DNA of 63,808 nucleotides, counting the filler, from Pirum gemmata (lineage: Eukaryota): NCBI GenBank assembly GCA_002812295.1. It is 10 parts of 10 records of this genome, joined end to end, with 100 filler letters (N's around TTAATTAATTAA, not from the genome) between each part and the next. Parts side by side here need not be neighbours in the genome. Positions count along the whole stretch, not along the records: positions 45,321 to 51,504 come from PDIN01000316.1; positions 51,605 to 57,800 come from PDIN01000317.1; positions 57,901 to 63,808 come from PDIN01000325.1; 7 more parts are not named here. The stretch is one strand, 5' to 3'. Made by a program: the position numbers and the translations under genes. Of this stretch, positions 48,178-61,910 are shown in pieces (positions within the stretch are counted from its first letter, which is position 1; the number at the start of each line of letters is the position of its first letter). Under the pieces are notes generated by a model. That model saw only the letters and a program-made list of their open reading frames with translations, was not told the origin of the DNA and ran no database searches.

Positions 48178-48386
48178 TTAATGATCTGTATTTACATGGT
48201 TATAAAAGTTTATTGATTAAAACTAATTTATAACATTTATATTAATATATAATTATAAATAGCTTAAGAACATAAAAGTAATATAATAATGACGGTAGTG
48301 TATTCATACTTATCAAATCTTTAAATTTATATTCAAACCAAACTGAATAAAAAGCCGAAAAAGTGATTATATGTATATATTGATAT

Positions 48387-48603
48387 AGGGTTAGGGTTAG
48401 GGTTAGGGTTAGGTAGGGTTATAGTTATGGTTATGGTTGGGGTTAGGGTTAGGGTTAGGGGGTTAGGGCTAGGGTTAGGGCTAGGGCTAGGGCTAGCTAG
48501 GGCTAGGGTTAGGGTTATGGTTAGGGTTAGGGTTAGGATTAGGGTTAGGGCTAGAGTTAGGGTTAGGGTTAGGGTTAGGGTTAGGGTTAGGGTTAGGGTT
48601 AGG
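48387..48603. repeat. Interstitial (TTAGGG)n
   Basis: About 35 perfect or variant units; non-telomeric sequence on both sides. Confidence 0.92.
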
Positions 48604-49777
48604 ATAAATACTTGTGTCAGTAGTGTCCACCCATATAATATTATACGTATACATATATGGAACCAGATTTGGGTCTTTCGGAACTATGTATATATAATAT
48701 TATATCTGAATACAAAAGTGCCAGTATTCACACTTTTTGTCACTTTTATCGCAAAAAATGTCTATATAAATTTTAAACTAGAATTATTTTTGTAATTACT
48801 CTATACCTAACCCAATCCCTAACAATTATCTTATTGTTAAAAAGCTAAATTTAAACCTAACTATATGTAAGCTTAATTGTTTGTAACATTAATTGAAGCA
48901 TTAAATTAAGAGCGATACAAACTTCATCAATAACATTTATTATGAATCAGTTGTATGAATACACAAAAAGGATCGATACATAATATATTAAAATATTTAC
49001 AAGTTTTTTGTTGTTTTTAAAATTTTATATTTGTTGTGAGTGCTATTTGTTGTCATTATTAAATTTTAAATTTGTTGTGGGTGTTATTTGTTGTTGTTTG
49101 TTTGTTTGTTTGTTAATTAAACAATAAAAAAAAAAAAAAAAAAATGTTGTCGCTGTTTGTTGTTATTTGTTACTAATGATTTCTTTTGTTTTTTTGTTGG
49201 TGTTTGTTGTTGTTTAAAGTTGTTGCGGTTGTTGTTTTCGGTTGTTTGTTGTTGTTGTTGTTGTTGTTGTTGTAATTGTTGTTGTTGTTGTTGTTGTTGT
49301 TTGTTGTTGTCGTTGTTGTTTTTTGTTGTTGTATGTTATTATTGTTAGGGTTATTATTATTATTATTATTGTTGTTATTATTGCTGTTATTGTAGTCAAT
49401 TTGTAGCTCAATTTGTATCCTTTTAATCAATAATTTGGTACATATTTTAAAATTTAATTTAAAATTTTTTGATAAGGATTTACAGTGTTTTACACAGAGG
49501 ATTTACAATTAGAGGATTAGAGGAATATTAATAGAGTACTGAGAGAATTTACATAATATCATACTATCGATATTTAGACTACAAGAGTACTACTACAAGC
49601 ACTCTACTCTACTACAAGATTCTACAAGCTATGCATAGACCCGGGGTCTATGATATTTACAAAATTTTTTTGACCCGGGTTAGTAACAAACTACCCGGGT
49701 CTATTATAAAATTTAATACTATATCATTCCTGAAGTTCTTATTATTATTATTTTTATAATTATTATTATTATTATAC

Positions 49778-49812
<35 letters not shown>

Positions 49813-49917
49813 CTATTATTATCTATTTACCATAATTATTACTATTTACTATTACTATTATTATTATTGGCATTGTTAGTATTATTAGTATTATTATTAG
49901 TATTATTATTCTTATTA

Positions 49918-51489
49918 TTATTCCACTGCAGGTTCCTGGGCCAATTTCTCAATTTGTTCATCTAATTCTTTGAAACTAGGTCTGTCTTTATAGTTATACC
50001 TCCAACAACTTTTCATAATCGAATAAATTTCAGCACTACAACCTTGTGGGCATTCAAGCCTAAAATTATCTTTAAGTTTTTGGACGACTTCTTTATTAGT
50101 CATCCTAGAATAAGGCACACGACCAAAAGTAAAAATCTCCCACAAAGTAATACCATAACTCCAAACATCACTTTTCGACAAAAACAAATTTTCATGCAAT
50201 ACTTCCGGCGCGGTCCATTTAATAGGAATCCTAGTTTCATCAGGAGCATTGGTACCAGTTAAACCAGGAGCTAACTGTCTAGTTAGCCCAAAGTCAGCCA
50301 CTCTAACCGTATTATCATCGGCAACCAAAACATTGCGCGCAGCAAGGTCACGATGTACAAACCCTATACTTTCCATATGAGCCATAGCTCCACATATTTG
50401 CTTAGCCATTTGTGGCAATAAATTATTTACACTTCTTCCACGGGATCTTAAAAATTGTAAAACAGTACCGCGAGGCATGTAATCTAATACAATACACAAA
50501 GGTTCCGTTTGTGTAATAACACCGTGCAATTTTAATAAAAAAGGATGTTTTAAATGGGTCATTACAAAAGCTTCTGATAAAAATTCTTCGAGTACTTGAT
50601 CATCTCTATCGTTTTCATCTTCTATTCTCAATGTTTTAATAGCCACAACGGTATCCTCTGACGATGGCTTGATTAATTTACCTATAACAACATCCCCAAA
50701 CTCCCCAGATCCTAACGGTCTCCCAAACATCAAATCATCAGGTTTTAATTCCCACCCTTTTTCAAACTCTGAGCGATCGACTCGAACTTTGGTTGTTCGC
50801 TTCCTTACAAATGACCTTAAACGGGTACATAAACCAGTATCATCCTGATGATAATGATTAAGTAAATCACTAATATTTTCAAAGAAGTTTTGATTATCAA
50901 TAGTCAATCGATGTTGTTGTTCGGTTTCACCGGTAATATTCTGTATACGATAATGATGAAATTCGTTTTCAAAACAAACAGTTAAAGTAAAATCACCAGG
51001 ATAATGCGTTGATTCTCTAACTAAAAACGCACCCGGTCTATGACCGTGTTGTCTTAGTAATATTTCTGCTGTTCCTCTCGATATACGACCGTGAAACCAG
51101 GGTTGTCGACGTTCTGTTTCTACACTACAACGACCAAAACCAGCGAGAGGAGTTACGTGTTTATCAGGATGAATAACTTGAATAAAATTAGTCGGCACAT
51201 AACCTTTTTGACGAGAATGTACATGTCGACAACGCCACCAAGTTGCACAATCTTTAGTTATCACTTCCAACACTTGGTGTTTTTTAAAGGCTAAATCACC
51301 TGGTTCTTCACCAGTATAATCATATAAACAAACGCATAAAGTTTTTTCAATTTCTGGTTTAATGTCGCCACTGTCGGTGGGTTTAGCGGGGAGCTTGGGG
51401 ACCGAGCCTGGCTTGCCTGGTAGAGGGGGTGGTGGACCTCCATCTAATCTTCGTAATGGGAGAGTTACATTTTCATCGTCACTGCCCAT
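49918..51489 (-). CDS. CSK: C-terminal Src kinase-like SH3-SH2-tyrosine kinase
   Basis: SH3 (LYDY..DLAF..WW..GYVPTNF), SH2 (WFHG, FLVRES), kinase GSGEFG, HRDLAARN, PIKWTAPE, FGRVPY. No activation-loop Tyr and no C-terminal inhibitory Tyr, which are Csk hallmarks. Confidence 0.88.
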   Translation of the reverse strand: MGSDDENVTLPLRRLDGGPPPPLPGKPGSVPKLPAKPTDSGDIKPEIEKTLCVCLYDYTGEEPGDLAFKKHQVLEVITKDCATWWRCRHVHSRQKGYVPTNFIQVIHPDKHVTPLAGFGRCSVETERRQPWFHGRISRGTAEILLRQHGHRPGAFLVRESTHYPGDFTLTVCFENEFHHYRIQNITGETEQQHRLTIDNQNFFENISDLLNHYHQDDTGLCTRLRSFVRKRTTKVRVDRSEFEKGWELKPDDLMFGRPLGSGEFGDVVIGKLIKPSSEDTVVAIKTLRIEDENDRDDQVLEEFLSEAFVMTHLKHPFLLKLHGVITQTEPLCIVLDYMPRGTVLQFLRSRGRSVNNLLPQMAKQICGAMAHMESIGFVHRDLAARNVLVADDNTVRVADFGLTRQLAPGLTGTNAPDETRIPIKWTAPEVLHENLFLSKSDVWSYGITLWEIFTFGRVPYSRMTNKEVVQKLKDNFRLECPQGCSAEIYSIMKSCWRYNYKDRPSFKELDEQIEKLAQEPAVE

Positions 51490-51685
51490 TTTATTATTAT
51501 TATTNNNNNNNNNNNNNNNNNNNNNNNNNNNNNNNNNNNNNNNNNNNNTTAATTAATTAANNNNNNNNNNNNNNNNNNNNNNNNNNNNNNNNNNNNNNNN
51601 NNNNTTATTATTATTATTAATTATTATTATTATTAGTATTAGTATTAGTATTAGTATTAGTATTAGTATTATTTTATTATTATTA

Positions 51686-51722
<37 letters not shown>

Positions 51723-51784
51723 GATTATTGGTCTTTGTGTTAATTATGAAAAAAACTAATTGTATTATTAATTAACATTAATAG

Positions 51785-52053
51785 AATCTACTTGGGAACG
51801 TCACAAAACTGCCATTCTGGTTGGATCTATTGTTGGTGGAGTTGTCATTCTTTTAATAATTAGTGTCTCTATTTATTGTTGTTGTCGTCGTTGTAAAAAG
51901 AAACGCAATGCTAAGAGAATGGCCCAATACCGAGCTGAAGTAGACGAAGAGAATGCAAAAAGACATGAACAGTATGAAGGGAAAAAGCAAGCAAACCAAG
52001 AAAAACACGATGCCATTCGAGCCAAATACAATATCATGGATCCCAAAAACTAA
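51785..52053 (+). CDS. Terminal exon of a single-pass protein with a PTTG1IP-like tail
   Basis: After a TAG acceptor: STWERHKTAILVGSIVGGVVILLIISVSIYCCCRRCKKKR...EKHDAIRAKYNIMDPKN*. Compare PTTG1IP RHDEIRKKYGL. Confidence 0.7.
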
Positions 52054-52689
52054 TCATAAACAAATTTAAAGGCTCACACACACACCTTGTATCATAGTTA
52101 ACTATTAGTTGAAGTGTTATAATATGTAAAAAATGTTTATTTATGTAACCAAAAATTTAGAGCAAAAGCTAAATTTTTACATAACCCTTGATTATATGAA
52201 CGATAAGTATGAATAAAAGTAGTGAATAAAGTAAAATTAATTAAATTTAGGTGTGTTTCTTTTATTTATATTATGTATTTTTCTTTAAAGCTTAAAGCTT
52301 ACTACAACCATAACAGTAAATTTAAAGTTAAAACTACAATAATAATATAGTAAACATGATGATAGTATAATGGCTTCCTGTGTGTTATTTTTTAATTTAC
52401 AATAATGTGTTAGAATATAATAACAATAACAATGATATTAGCATCTAATAGCAATACTAACAACAGTAACAAATATCCATAAGAATAAAAAACATCAAAT
52501 TGAATATTTTTAAATTCTTGAAAATCAATATATTTTCGTAGAAGTCCAAATATTAAAACTTTTACCATACCATGGGTATATAACTATTAAGAATGATGGT
52601 AATTTGAAAATTCCATTTTGTTTTAGATTGTCATTATCGTCTAATGGAGTTGGAACTTTATAATTCTTGGCATTTTTATAAAACCCTGA

Positions 52690-53030
52690 ACCTTCCTAAC
52701 CCTCTTTTAACCCTAACCCTAACCCCAACCCCAACCCCAACCCCAACCCTAACCCTAACCCTAACCCTAACCCTAAACTACCCCCTAACCCTAACCCTAA
52801 CCCTAACCCTTACCCTATCCCCAATTTTACCCTAAACCTAACCCTAAACCAAACCCTATAGCTAACCATAGCCATAAACGTAACCATACCCCTATTCCAT
52901 AATAAGGACCATAATAACCCTAAATTAACCCTACACTAACCTTAAACAAATCCTAACCCTAACCCTTACCCTAACAGTCCCTAACCCTAACCATAAACCA
53001 AACCTAAACCAACCCTTAATTAACTAACCT
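52690..53030. repeat. Degenerate interstitial (CCCTAA)n
   Basis: Mixed CCCTAA, CCCCAA and CCATAA units. Confidence 0.85.
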
Positions 53031-55018
53031 TTAATTGATTGATACTCATGGGACCTACCTGAGACCAAGTATTTCTAGTCAAGTATTTAAAAAAACCCCA
53101 GCTAAAAACCCCCACTTATTATTAACCCATTTATTTATCATTTCCGCAGGGCCCAAACTTTCCCTGAGTCTGTCAGATTCTGCCCCCCCCAAGTTCCCCT
53201 TTTTTTTTTTGAAATTTTTTTCACAGCATCTAGCTAGCTAGCTAGGTACCGGCATCTCGTTAGCTAGCTAGCTAGCTAGGAGTACCGGCATCGACCGGCA
53301 TCTAGCTAGCTAGACCTAGCTAGCTAGCTAGACTATCTTAGCTACGCTACTAGTTAGCAAAAGTCTACCTAGAGAGTACCTAGATTTTTTGAGTACTAAG
53401 CTACTAGCTAGTAGACCCCCCTAGCTAGCTACTTGTAGGGAAAAAGTGTAGAAAAGCGCAAACTGTAAGCATTTTTCGCTAGTTTTTACCTAGACTCAAT
53501 CTACATATTATTATTATCGATATCATATATTGGAGTGTGTTGGCAACCGAGTAGACTCTTTCGAACAAAAAAAAAAGTTCGAATGTGCATCCCAATGTTC
53601 GTTCGATTTTTTTATTTTACGGTTATAATAGGTAGACCTACCCGGTATAATAAATATAGTATCGATATAAATATAGTATTGAGTAGTCTATTTACTAATT
53701 AGGTCAATTTCTAAAGAAGAGATAAAAAAAAACAATAATAGTCTAAATTTCTTTAGAATAATAAAAAAAGTTATGGACAGATAAGTCTCTGCACAAAATA
53801 GGTTATTTTTATTTTTTGTTTGCGGCCAGCTAGAATCTACTATCATAGCTAGTAGCTAGCTAGCTAGAGCAGGTATAATAATTATTGGAAAAGAGATTTC
53901 CATACAATTTCAATTAAATTTTTCAATAATTTGAATTTGACCCCGAATGGTCATATAGACCCGGTCTAAAGTCCAAATTTTCCATGATGAATAGTGTGGA
54001 CTTGTTTCTGGACTTGTTTTAGAAGATGTGTGGCCTCTCGTATCGTATATTTTCTTGGAGAACATCACGTTTGTTCCTCAAAAACAGAGGTAGACTATAA
54101 GTAGGTGGAAAATCAGGAGTACTATCATTTTGATTTACTCGAGATTGATGTGGTTGTTGTAGTTGTTGTAGTTGTGAAGGTGCCTTGGTAATGTCAGTAT
54201 AACATGTTACCTGTCAAACCAAATTTTGTATTAATACAATAAATTTTGTACAATAAATTGTTATTAATCGTAATAAAAAAGGATCATCAATATGAACATA
54301 TTGATTAGTACCAGTTTTAGCAAATTCAATAATAAGAACATTACTAACTGTTATATTTTTAGCTCGTATCGATAAAGTTTCAGAAATTCTTAAAAAAGAC
54401 CAGTAAATGATAAATATATAATTAACATATAATCAAATTTGTTATGCAAAGTTAAAAAAATGCATTATAGTTTAAAAAAAATTGAATAAGGTAAAGGAGG
54501 AATAGAATGTTCATCTTTATACTTTTTCCAACCTTTAATTAATTATTAAGAGCACGAATAATAATAGGTAATTTACCACACAATGATGGATTAGAGTGTT
54601 GTAATGCTACTCGAATATTATTATAATGTCTATAAAACTTTTCACTCTCTTCAAATTTATAACATATTATGTAATGTAACAATAATACATCATGATTTAA
54701 CAAAGTATTATAAGATAAATTAAAAGAATCTATTATCCAATGTACAAATTGAACCAAATCCAATTCATGTCACTTTCTTGATACGTCTTTCAAATTATAA
54801 TTTAGTAACTTAACCGTAGGTCTTTTTTGCAGCCCTGAGAGCTGTTTAGAATTCTAAACAGCCCTGAGGGCTGTTTAGCAAAAAGTTGCAAAATATATTT
54901 TTTAGCCTAAATATTTTAAATAATAAAAAGGTAATTTTAATTGGCTTTTTGTCAGGTGACGAAAACATCACATTATTTTTTTTATTATTATTTTTTTTAT
55001 TTATTGTTTATTATTGTT

Positions 55019-55069
<51 letters not shown>

Positions 55070-55122
55070 GTTATTGTTATATTGTTATTGATCGTGGTAA
55101 CGTTGTTATTATTACTATTATC

Positions 55123-55158
<36 letters not shown>

Positions 55159-55239
55159 GTGTTAGATTATTTTGGTTTGTTAGATTATTTTGGTTTGTTA
55201 GATTATGAGTCTTTATGTATATTGAGTATTATTTAGATG

Positions 55240-56857
55240 ATGACTAAAGGCTTGGTATTTCAATCCGCTTAAAGGGAAGCGTAATACGATCTTCAAAATG
55301 GGACTTTGTATAATGCCACTCAGAAAGATACTGATCCATTTGAACGGTCTGTAAAAAATACTTCTTTAAAAGAGGCTGGTCTTCTTCCAGCTAGCGATTT
55401 TCTTGCCTTAGCAGCTTCGTTAGATAGCATTGGCGTACTCAAGGATGGCACAGAACATTATCTCTTTTCACTTGAGATAAAAACCCTAAGTCAATTATAA
55501 CACCATTGATAGAGAGTATGCGCATAGAAGAGATCTTGGCTGCTACATTAGAGTCAAGCTCAGCAACCAAATTGCAATGCCTATCCAAAAGCATCCCCTG
55601 CAAACCCCATCGTGTACAGCTGTTGCACCACATGGCAGTTTCTCGTTCCACAAGAGGAATAATAGTTTATGGAGAACCTGAGGGTGTAATTATTAGAGCA
55701 GTTTTAGTGGTGGTAGAGTAAAGTTTTAGTAAACGTTGGTTGGAAAGTTTGGATTGAAAACTAAACGGATTTACTACCTTGACTTCATGTAAAAGAAGAG
55801 CCCGACGAAAACTTCATTTCAATTATAGAGTCTCATATTGGTAAAAAGGGGTTGAAGCAAATACCTGACCTTAATACGTTTTCATCGGCGTACAAGTAAC
55901 TCGTTGCTTGCTAAAACATAAACTTCAGATTGCTTTTGCGTATTCTATCAAACCATCTATTATTATATTCTTTATCATAATTCACTTATATTATATGTTG
56001 GGAGGATACGTTGTCTAATTACCTCTCGGAGCTGTACCCACAAAAGTTTCAAAATGTAACACAATCAACTAGATTACTTTTGGCGTACCTATGTATTGCT
56101 TTTAGAAATGTTCATTTATTGCACAGTATTAATGCGCTTACCTCGGATCGGATAGATGATTTTCAGAATTTGTCACAGTATAGGGGTTTCCTGAAGAGGA
56201 AGGGTAAGGGAGGATTCGCAAGCTTCTGTTCCGATATTGTCGATTTATTTGACTTTGACGAAGATACTGCTACGAATATGGAACCGAGCAGTACACTAGA
56301 CGACGATTGCAAACATTACAGGAAGCAGTTGTTTCATTACCAGGAGAAAATACCACACCTAAGAGAAGGAAATAAATTTAAAGCATCTAATATTACATAG
56401 GCATTCTGCTGATACGTTAAGGCAAGGTTTATGCGTAGGAGTACCTGTATCTTTCGATGACAAGACTGAATGTAAAACATTCTTTCCAAGGAAATTTAAG
56501 CCGTTTGATGTTGATCCTGACGATGATACCGATAATCGTCCTCGCGAAAGTGTAGCCATAAAGAAGAAACAAAAGATTTCTTGTTCGAGATGTGGCCGTC
56601 AATCTACTAACGTTGCATTTTGCAAAGTTTGCAAACAAAAATTGTGCATTAACTCAAATAATGATTTCTTGAGAAAGAAAGGTGAAGGTGGAGAGAACAT
56701 TCTTGCACAACCTTTCCTTCACCCAGTTCGACATATTGAAGATGATGTGCATTTTTTAAATTCTTGCTTTCTAATTGAACAGGGTGATTTGAGTTCCGGT
56801 GCTATACACAAACACATGCAAGAAGTCCAAAGCGCTCTTCATGAACATTGTAGCTAA
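55240..56857 (+). pseudogene. Decayed ORF, possibly a piggyBac-like transposase
   Basis: Coding-like GC content with many stops and frameshifts. Pieces GG.DTLSNYL and a C-terminal CSRC..FCKVCKQKLC..SCF resemble the piggyBac Cys-rich domain. Confidence 0.4.
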
Positions 56858-57362
56858 AATGTTATAATAAATATAATATCAATAACAATAACAATAAAAT
56901 GTTATAATAAATTTAAATATATCAATATCAATAACAATAAAAGTTATAATAAATATAACAATAACAATATAACAATATTAATATTAATTACAATAACAAT
57001 ACCAATAACAATAACAATAATAATAACAATAACAATAACAATAACAATAACAATAACAATAACAATAACAATAACAATAACAATAAAAATAACACGACAA
57101 AAACAGGACTATCTAATATCTATATCATAATTATAAATTAATAATAATTAAAATTTAAAAGAAGCAGTTTATTGGTCAAGAATAAATATTATTGAGCAAT
57201 TATCTTCACGATTTTAACATGATTATGTAGTGATGGCAACACTATCAAAACACCATCATAATAATATTATCATAAAATGGAGACATCCGTTTTTTTTTTG
57301 GTCTAGCTAGCTAGCTAGCTAGAGGATATGTTATATTGTTATCATAGATACAGCTTGGTTAT

Positions 57363-57690
57363 TAGGGAGCGTTCAATAATTACGTAAAAACCTACCACCC
57401 CCGTGTAACGCCCTGTCACGTATGAGAAGGACTACCCCCCCCTTATGACGTAACGATTTGGAAAAAATAGTACCTAAATACCACGGACTTCAAAATTTTT
57501 TTTGAAGTCCTTAGGGAGCGTTCAATAATTACGTAACGCCAATTTAGGGAAAAAACAGCTGCAAAACCTACCCTCCCCCCCCGTGTAACGCTCTGTCACG
57601 TATGAGAAGGACTACCCCCCCCTTATGACGTGACGATTTGGAAAAAATAGTACCCTAAATACCAAGGACTTCAAAATTTTTTTTGAAGTA
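57363..57690. repeat. Tandemly duplicated end of a Harbinger-like MITE (GGGAGCGTTCAATAATTACGT)
   Basis: Two copies starting at ~57363 and ~57512. Confidence 0.7.
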
Positions 57691-59307
57691 TCGATAATGA
57701 ATACAGTTATACCTACCCTCCCTAATATAACTAAATGCATCACTAGTATGTCACAAAAATCCGACCCCCCCCCCACCCCAGCATTACGTAATGGTGTGTC
57801 NNNNNNNNNNNNNNNNNNNNNNNNNNNNNNNNNNNNNNNNNNNNTTAATTAATTAANNNNNNNNNNNNNNNNNNNNNNNNNNNNNNNNNNNNNNNNNNNN
57901 CGAACAAAAAACCCCGAATTATTTAATTATTTTTGGAGCGTTCGAACATCAAATACTTTTTCGAACATATGTAAATTTAAGTAATCCGAGTTTTTCGAGC
58001 TTTTTGTGTTCGAACATCAAATACTTGTTTCGAACATATGTAAATATAAATTTTCGGGTCAAAAAAAGTCGCTGTCCATCGTGCTTTTCAGTTGTTTTGT
58101 CATCATAAAATATAAAATAAAGAGGACCAAATTAATACAATACAAATATTTTTCATTTAATTTGGTATATTTTATTATCCATTTATTCATTTAACAATGT
58201 CAGTTAAAAAATTATAACCAACCAAATAAATATTCTGAGTGACAAAATAAATGAAAAGCACGATAACTTTATTGTCTACTTTCGCTTGTTCGATTTTTTT
58301 CAAACTCACATATGGGAAAGTTATCGAGATATTCGGTCCGAAGAACTTATGCGGGGGTGCCGAGGCGCCCACTCCTTATTAATGTCACTCCGAATATTTA
58401 TTTGGTTGTTTATAATATTTAAATTGATACTTCTCAATAAATAAATATATAATAAAATATACCAAATTAAGTGAAATGGATTTATATTGTATTAATTTGG
58501 TACTATTTATTGTATATTTTAAAATTTATGACGACAAAATAACTGAAAAGCACGATATCGATATATAGTATATTATAATATCGTGTTTTGCATTGGTATA
58601 ATGGGTGGTCCACTGTCCAGTTCAAAAACTGAAATAAATTTAAAACATACGAAATTATTATTATGGTTAAACTATCAGACATGTTTTAATTAATTTAGTA
58701 TTTTGTACATAATGTTGTATTTTATAAACAAGTTCAATTGTATGCTTTTTTTCATATATCATATATTTTTGATGTAATTTCGCCCCCTTTCATTGTCTAC
58801 TTATAAATAATAATACAATTTGTGCTTGAGGATTTCTAAAGGCAAAATTTTGAATTCGATTAAGAAAATGTTCGAAATTTGACCATCCATGGCTTTGTTA
58901 ATGCAAATTTTTGCCTAAATCCACTCTAAAATGTTAACATTATAATTGTAGACTATATCGTGCTTTTCATTTATTTTGCCACTCTGAATATTTATTTGGA
59001 GGGTTATAATATTTAAATAGGCATTTTTAAATAAATAAATAAACATCAAAAAAATATATGGAAAAAAGCATCAGAATTTGTGGAAGAGCTCCTATTTATA
59101 AATAAAAACCTGTTTAGTGCTTTTCATTTATTTTGTCACTCCGAATATTTATTTGGTTGTTTATAATATTTAAATTGATACTTTTAAATAAATAAATAGA
59201 TAATAAAATATACCAAATTAAANTATTATATTAATTTGGTATCATTTATTGTATATTTTATGATGACAAAACAACTGCAAAGCACTATAAAAAAACTTTA
59301 GTAAAAA

Positions 59308-59469
59308 GGGAGCGTTCAAATAATACGTCACGTCAAGGGGTAGGTAGGTAGGTGATATTTGACCGGAAATTAACGTCGAGGGGTAGGTAGGTAGGGGTAT
59401 TTGAAGCTGTGTTTGACTGGAAATTGGCGTTAATTAAGTAGTATTTGAACAGCTTATTTGAACACTCCC
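59308..59469. mobile_element. PIF/Harbinger-like MITE (family F)
   Basis: TIRs GGGAGCGTTCAAATAA / TTATTTGAACACTCCC. Confidence 0.7.
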
Positions 59470-60797
59470 AAACTATAAAAACAACTAATAGGCTTCACCC
59501 AATTCTGCTTTGTTAAAGAAAACTAGTTTTCGAGCCTATGAATCAATTAAATAAGTTCGAAAATTTTAAACTAACAATTAAGTAATCAAGTATATTTATT
59601 AAAGTAATAAACCCGAAAAAATGGAAAAAAAAATTCGAACAGGGCTAAGTTTCGGCTTTTTTTTCGACAGCAGAAATTCAGGCTCAAGCAGAATTGAGAG
59701 AGGATTTTTAATTATTAAAATAAATTATTTAATAAAAACAGACTAAAACAGATGGACCTTCTTTTAAAAAAGTAAGGGTGAGATGACGTCATTTTATTAT
59801 TACCGAACAGCTGCCGAAACTTTTCCGATTTTATGGTTTTTATTACTATTAATGTTAATATTATTACTTTAATTGGTATCTGCTATAATTATATTTCCTA
59901 TTTTAAGCTATTCAAGTGCTATTATTAGTAAGAAACGCGGAACTAAGGTTGGCTCGATAAGCATCTGTTCGAAAAAAGTTACAGTAGATATCTCACCCCT
60001 ACTCCTTCTTATTGGTTAGACTGTCATTCCACTATCATCCCTTTTGAATATAACCAATCATTACCCGGGATTCTGGAATTTACTCCAGAATAATAAATTT
60101 ATTCGAAATTTATTTATAAAAAAAAACAAAAATAGAAAACTATATGATAGAAACCAAAACCAAACCCCCAAAAAAACCACAAAAAGAATGCAAAGAAACC
60201 GCGAACTCTAAAAACCGCAAAGCGTTCATATTCAAATTATTACTAGCAAATTATTATATTTATAAATGAGCAAATGTGGTTTTCATTTGTTTTGTCACTC
60301 TCTAAATATTTATTTGGTGGGTAACCGTGGGTAATATCACCTTAAAAAATTTACTTTTTTTAAAAAATAAATAAATAGTCAATAAAATAAACCAAATTAA
60401 ATGAACTGGATTTATATTGTATTATAATTAATTAATTTGGTACTCTTTATATTGTAAAGAATTATCATATAATCATCCAAATTAATAATATTAATATTAC
60501 TTGGACTAATTTATTATATTTTAATAATTAATAAAATTTATAATATTAATATTAAATAATATTTAAAATATAATTATAATATATTACTATATCGCATAAA
60601 GTGTCTATATAATAATATTCTAAAAAACGTTGCAAATTGTAATATAACGAACTTACATTAAAAATAAATACATATTATTTATATTTTAATAAATTTTCTC
60701 ATATAATAATGACAAAACAACTGAAAAGCACAATACATCATAGTCTAATTATTTTTAATAATAATTTTAAAAATCATGTGTGTGACAGTGTGAGTTC

Positions 60798-60846
<49 letters not shown>

Positions 60847-61583
60847 AAAAAAAATAAAAATAATTATTATAATAATTATTATGATGTATTATAGATGTAT
60901 TATTGAAATTTGACTAGACTATTATCGTGTTTTTCAATAGTGTTGTCCAGTAACACTGTAACTGTATTATGAACAGACCGGTAGACGATATCAAAAAAGG
61001 GATTCAAATCCGATTCATACCACATTTTCGCAGCACAGGCACCCATTCTGGAAAACATTCGAAAACTGGGTTGGAATAATTTGGAAAAGCTGGAGTAAAG
61101 CTGGGTGGTTTTACTGTGGTTTTCTGTGGAAAACAGGGTGCTCAAGTGTGCTCAAACAAAACAAGGTGTCAAGGTGCTCAAACAAAACAGGGAGATGGGA
61201 AAACATAATCGAATCAAACAGCTCAATCTTAATTATATTTTAACATTGGCAATTTTGAAATGATATTCGTACTAAAAAAAAAAATCGAGTTTCTTCAAAG
61301 TTTTTCTCTCTAGTAGCTCCCAAATTGTGAAAGCAAAAGTGAGTCAATACTCAAATTAGATCGAAAAATTTCGAAAATTTCGAACTAGTCTCGAATCTCG
61401 AGTGCTCGATTCGATGGTTTTCACTACATCTCCCAGTAAACTGACTCTGGAAAGATAATCTATCACGCTGGCTCCTACTAGCTAGCTAGCTAGTCTAGCT
61501 AGGCAGGTTTTTTTTTGCTAGGGTTTTTTTGTAAAAAATTGCCAAAAAATTAAAAAATCAGAATTAAAAAATAACATTAATTC

Positions 61584-61910
<327 letters not shown>

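Noticed and set aside
48387..48795. True telomere, or the VRVRVR ORF as a protein
   Set aside because: The tract is internal to the contig and the ORF is a translation of the repeat.
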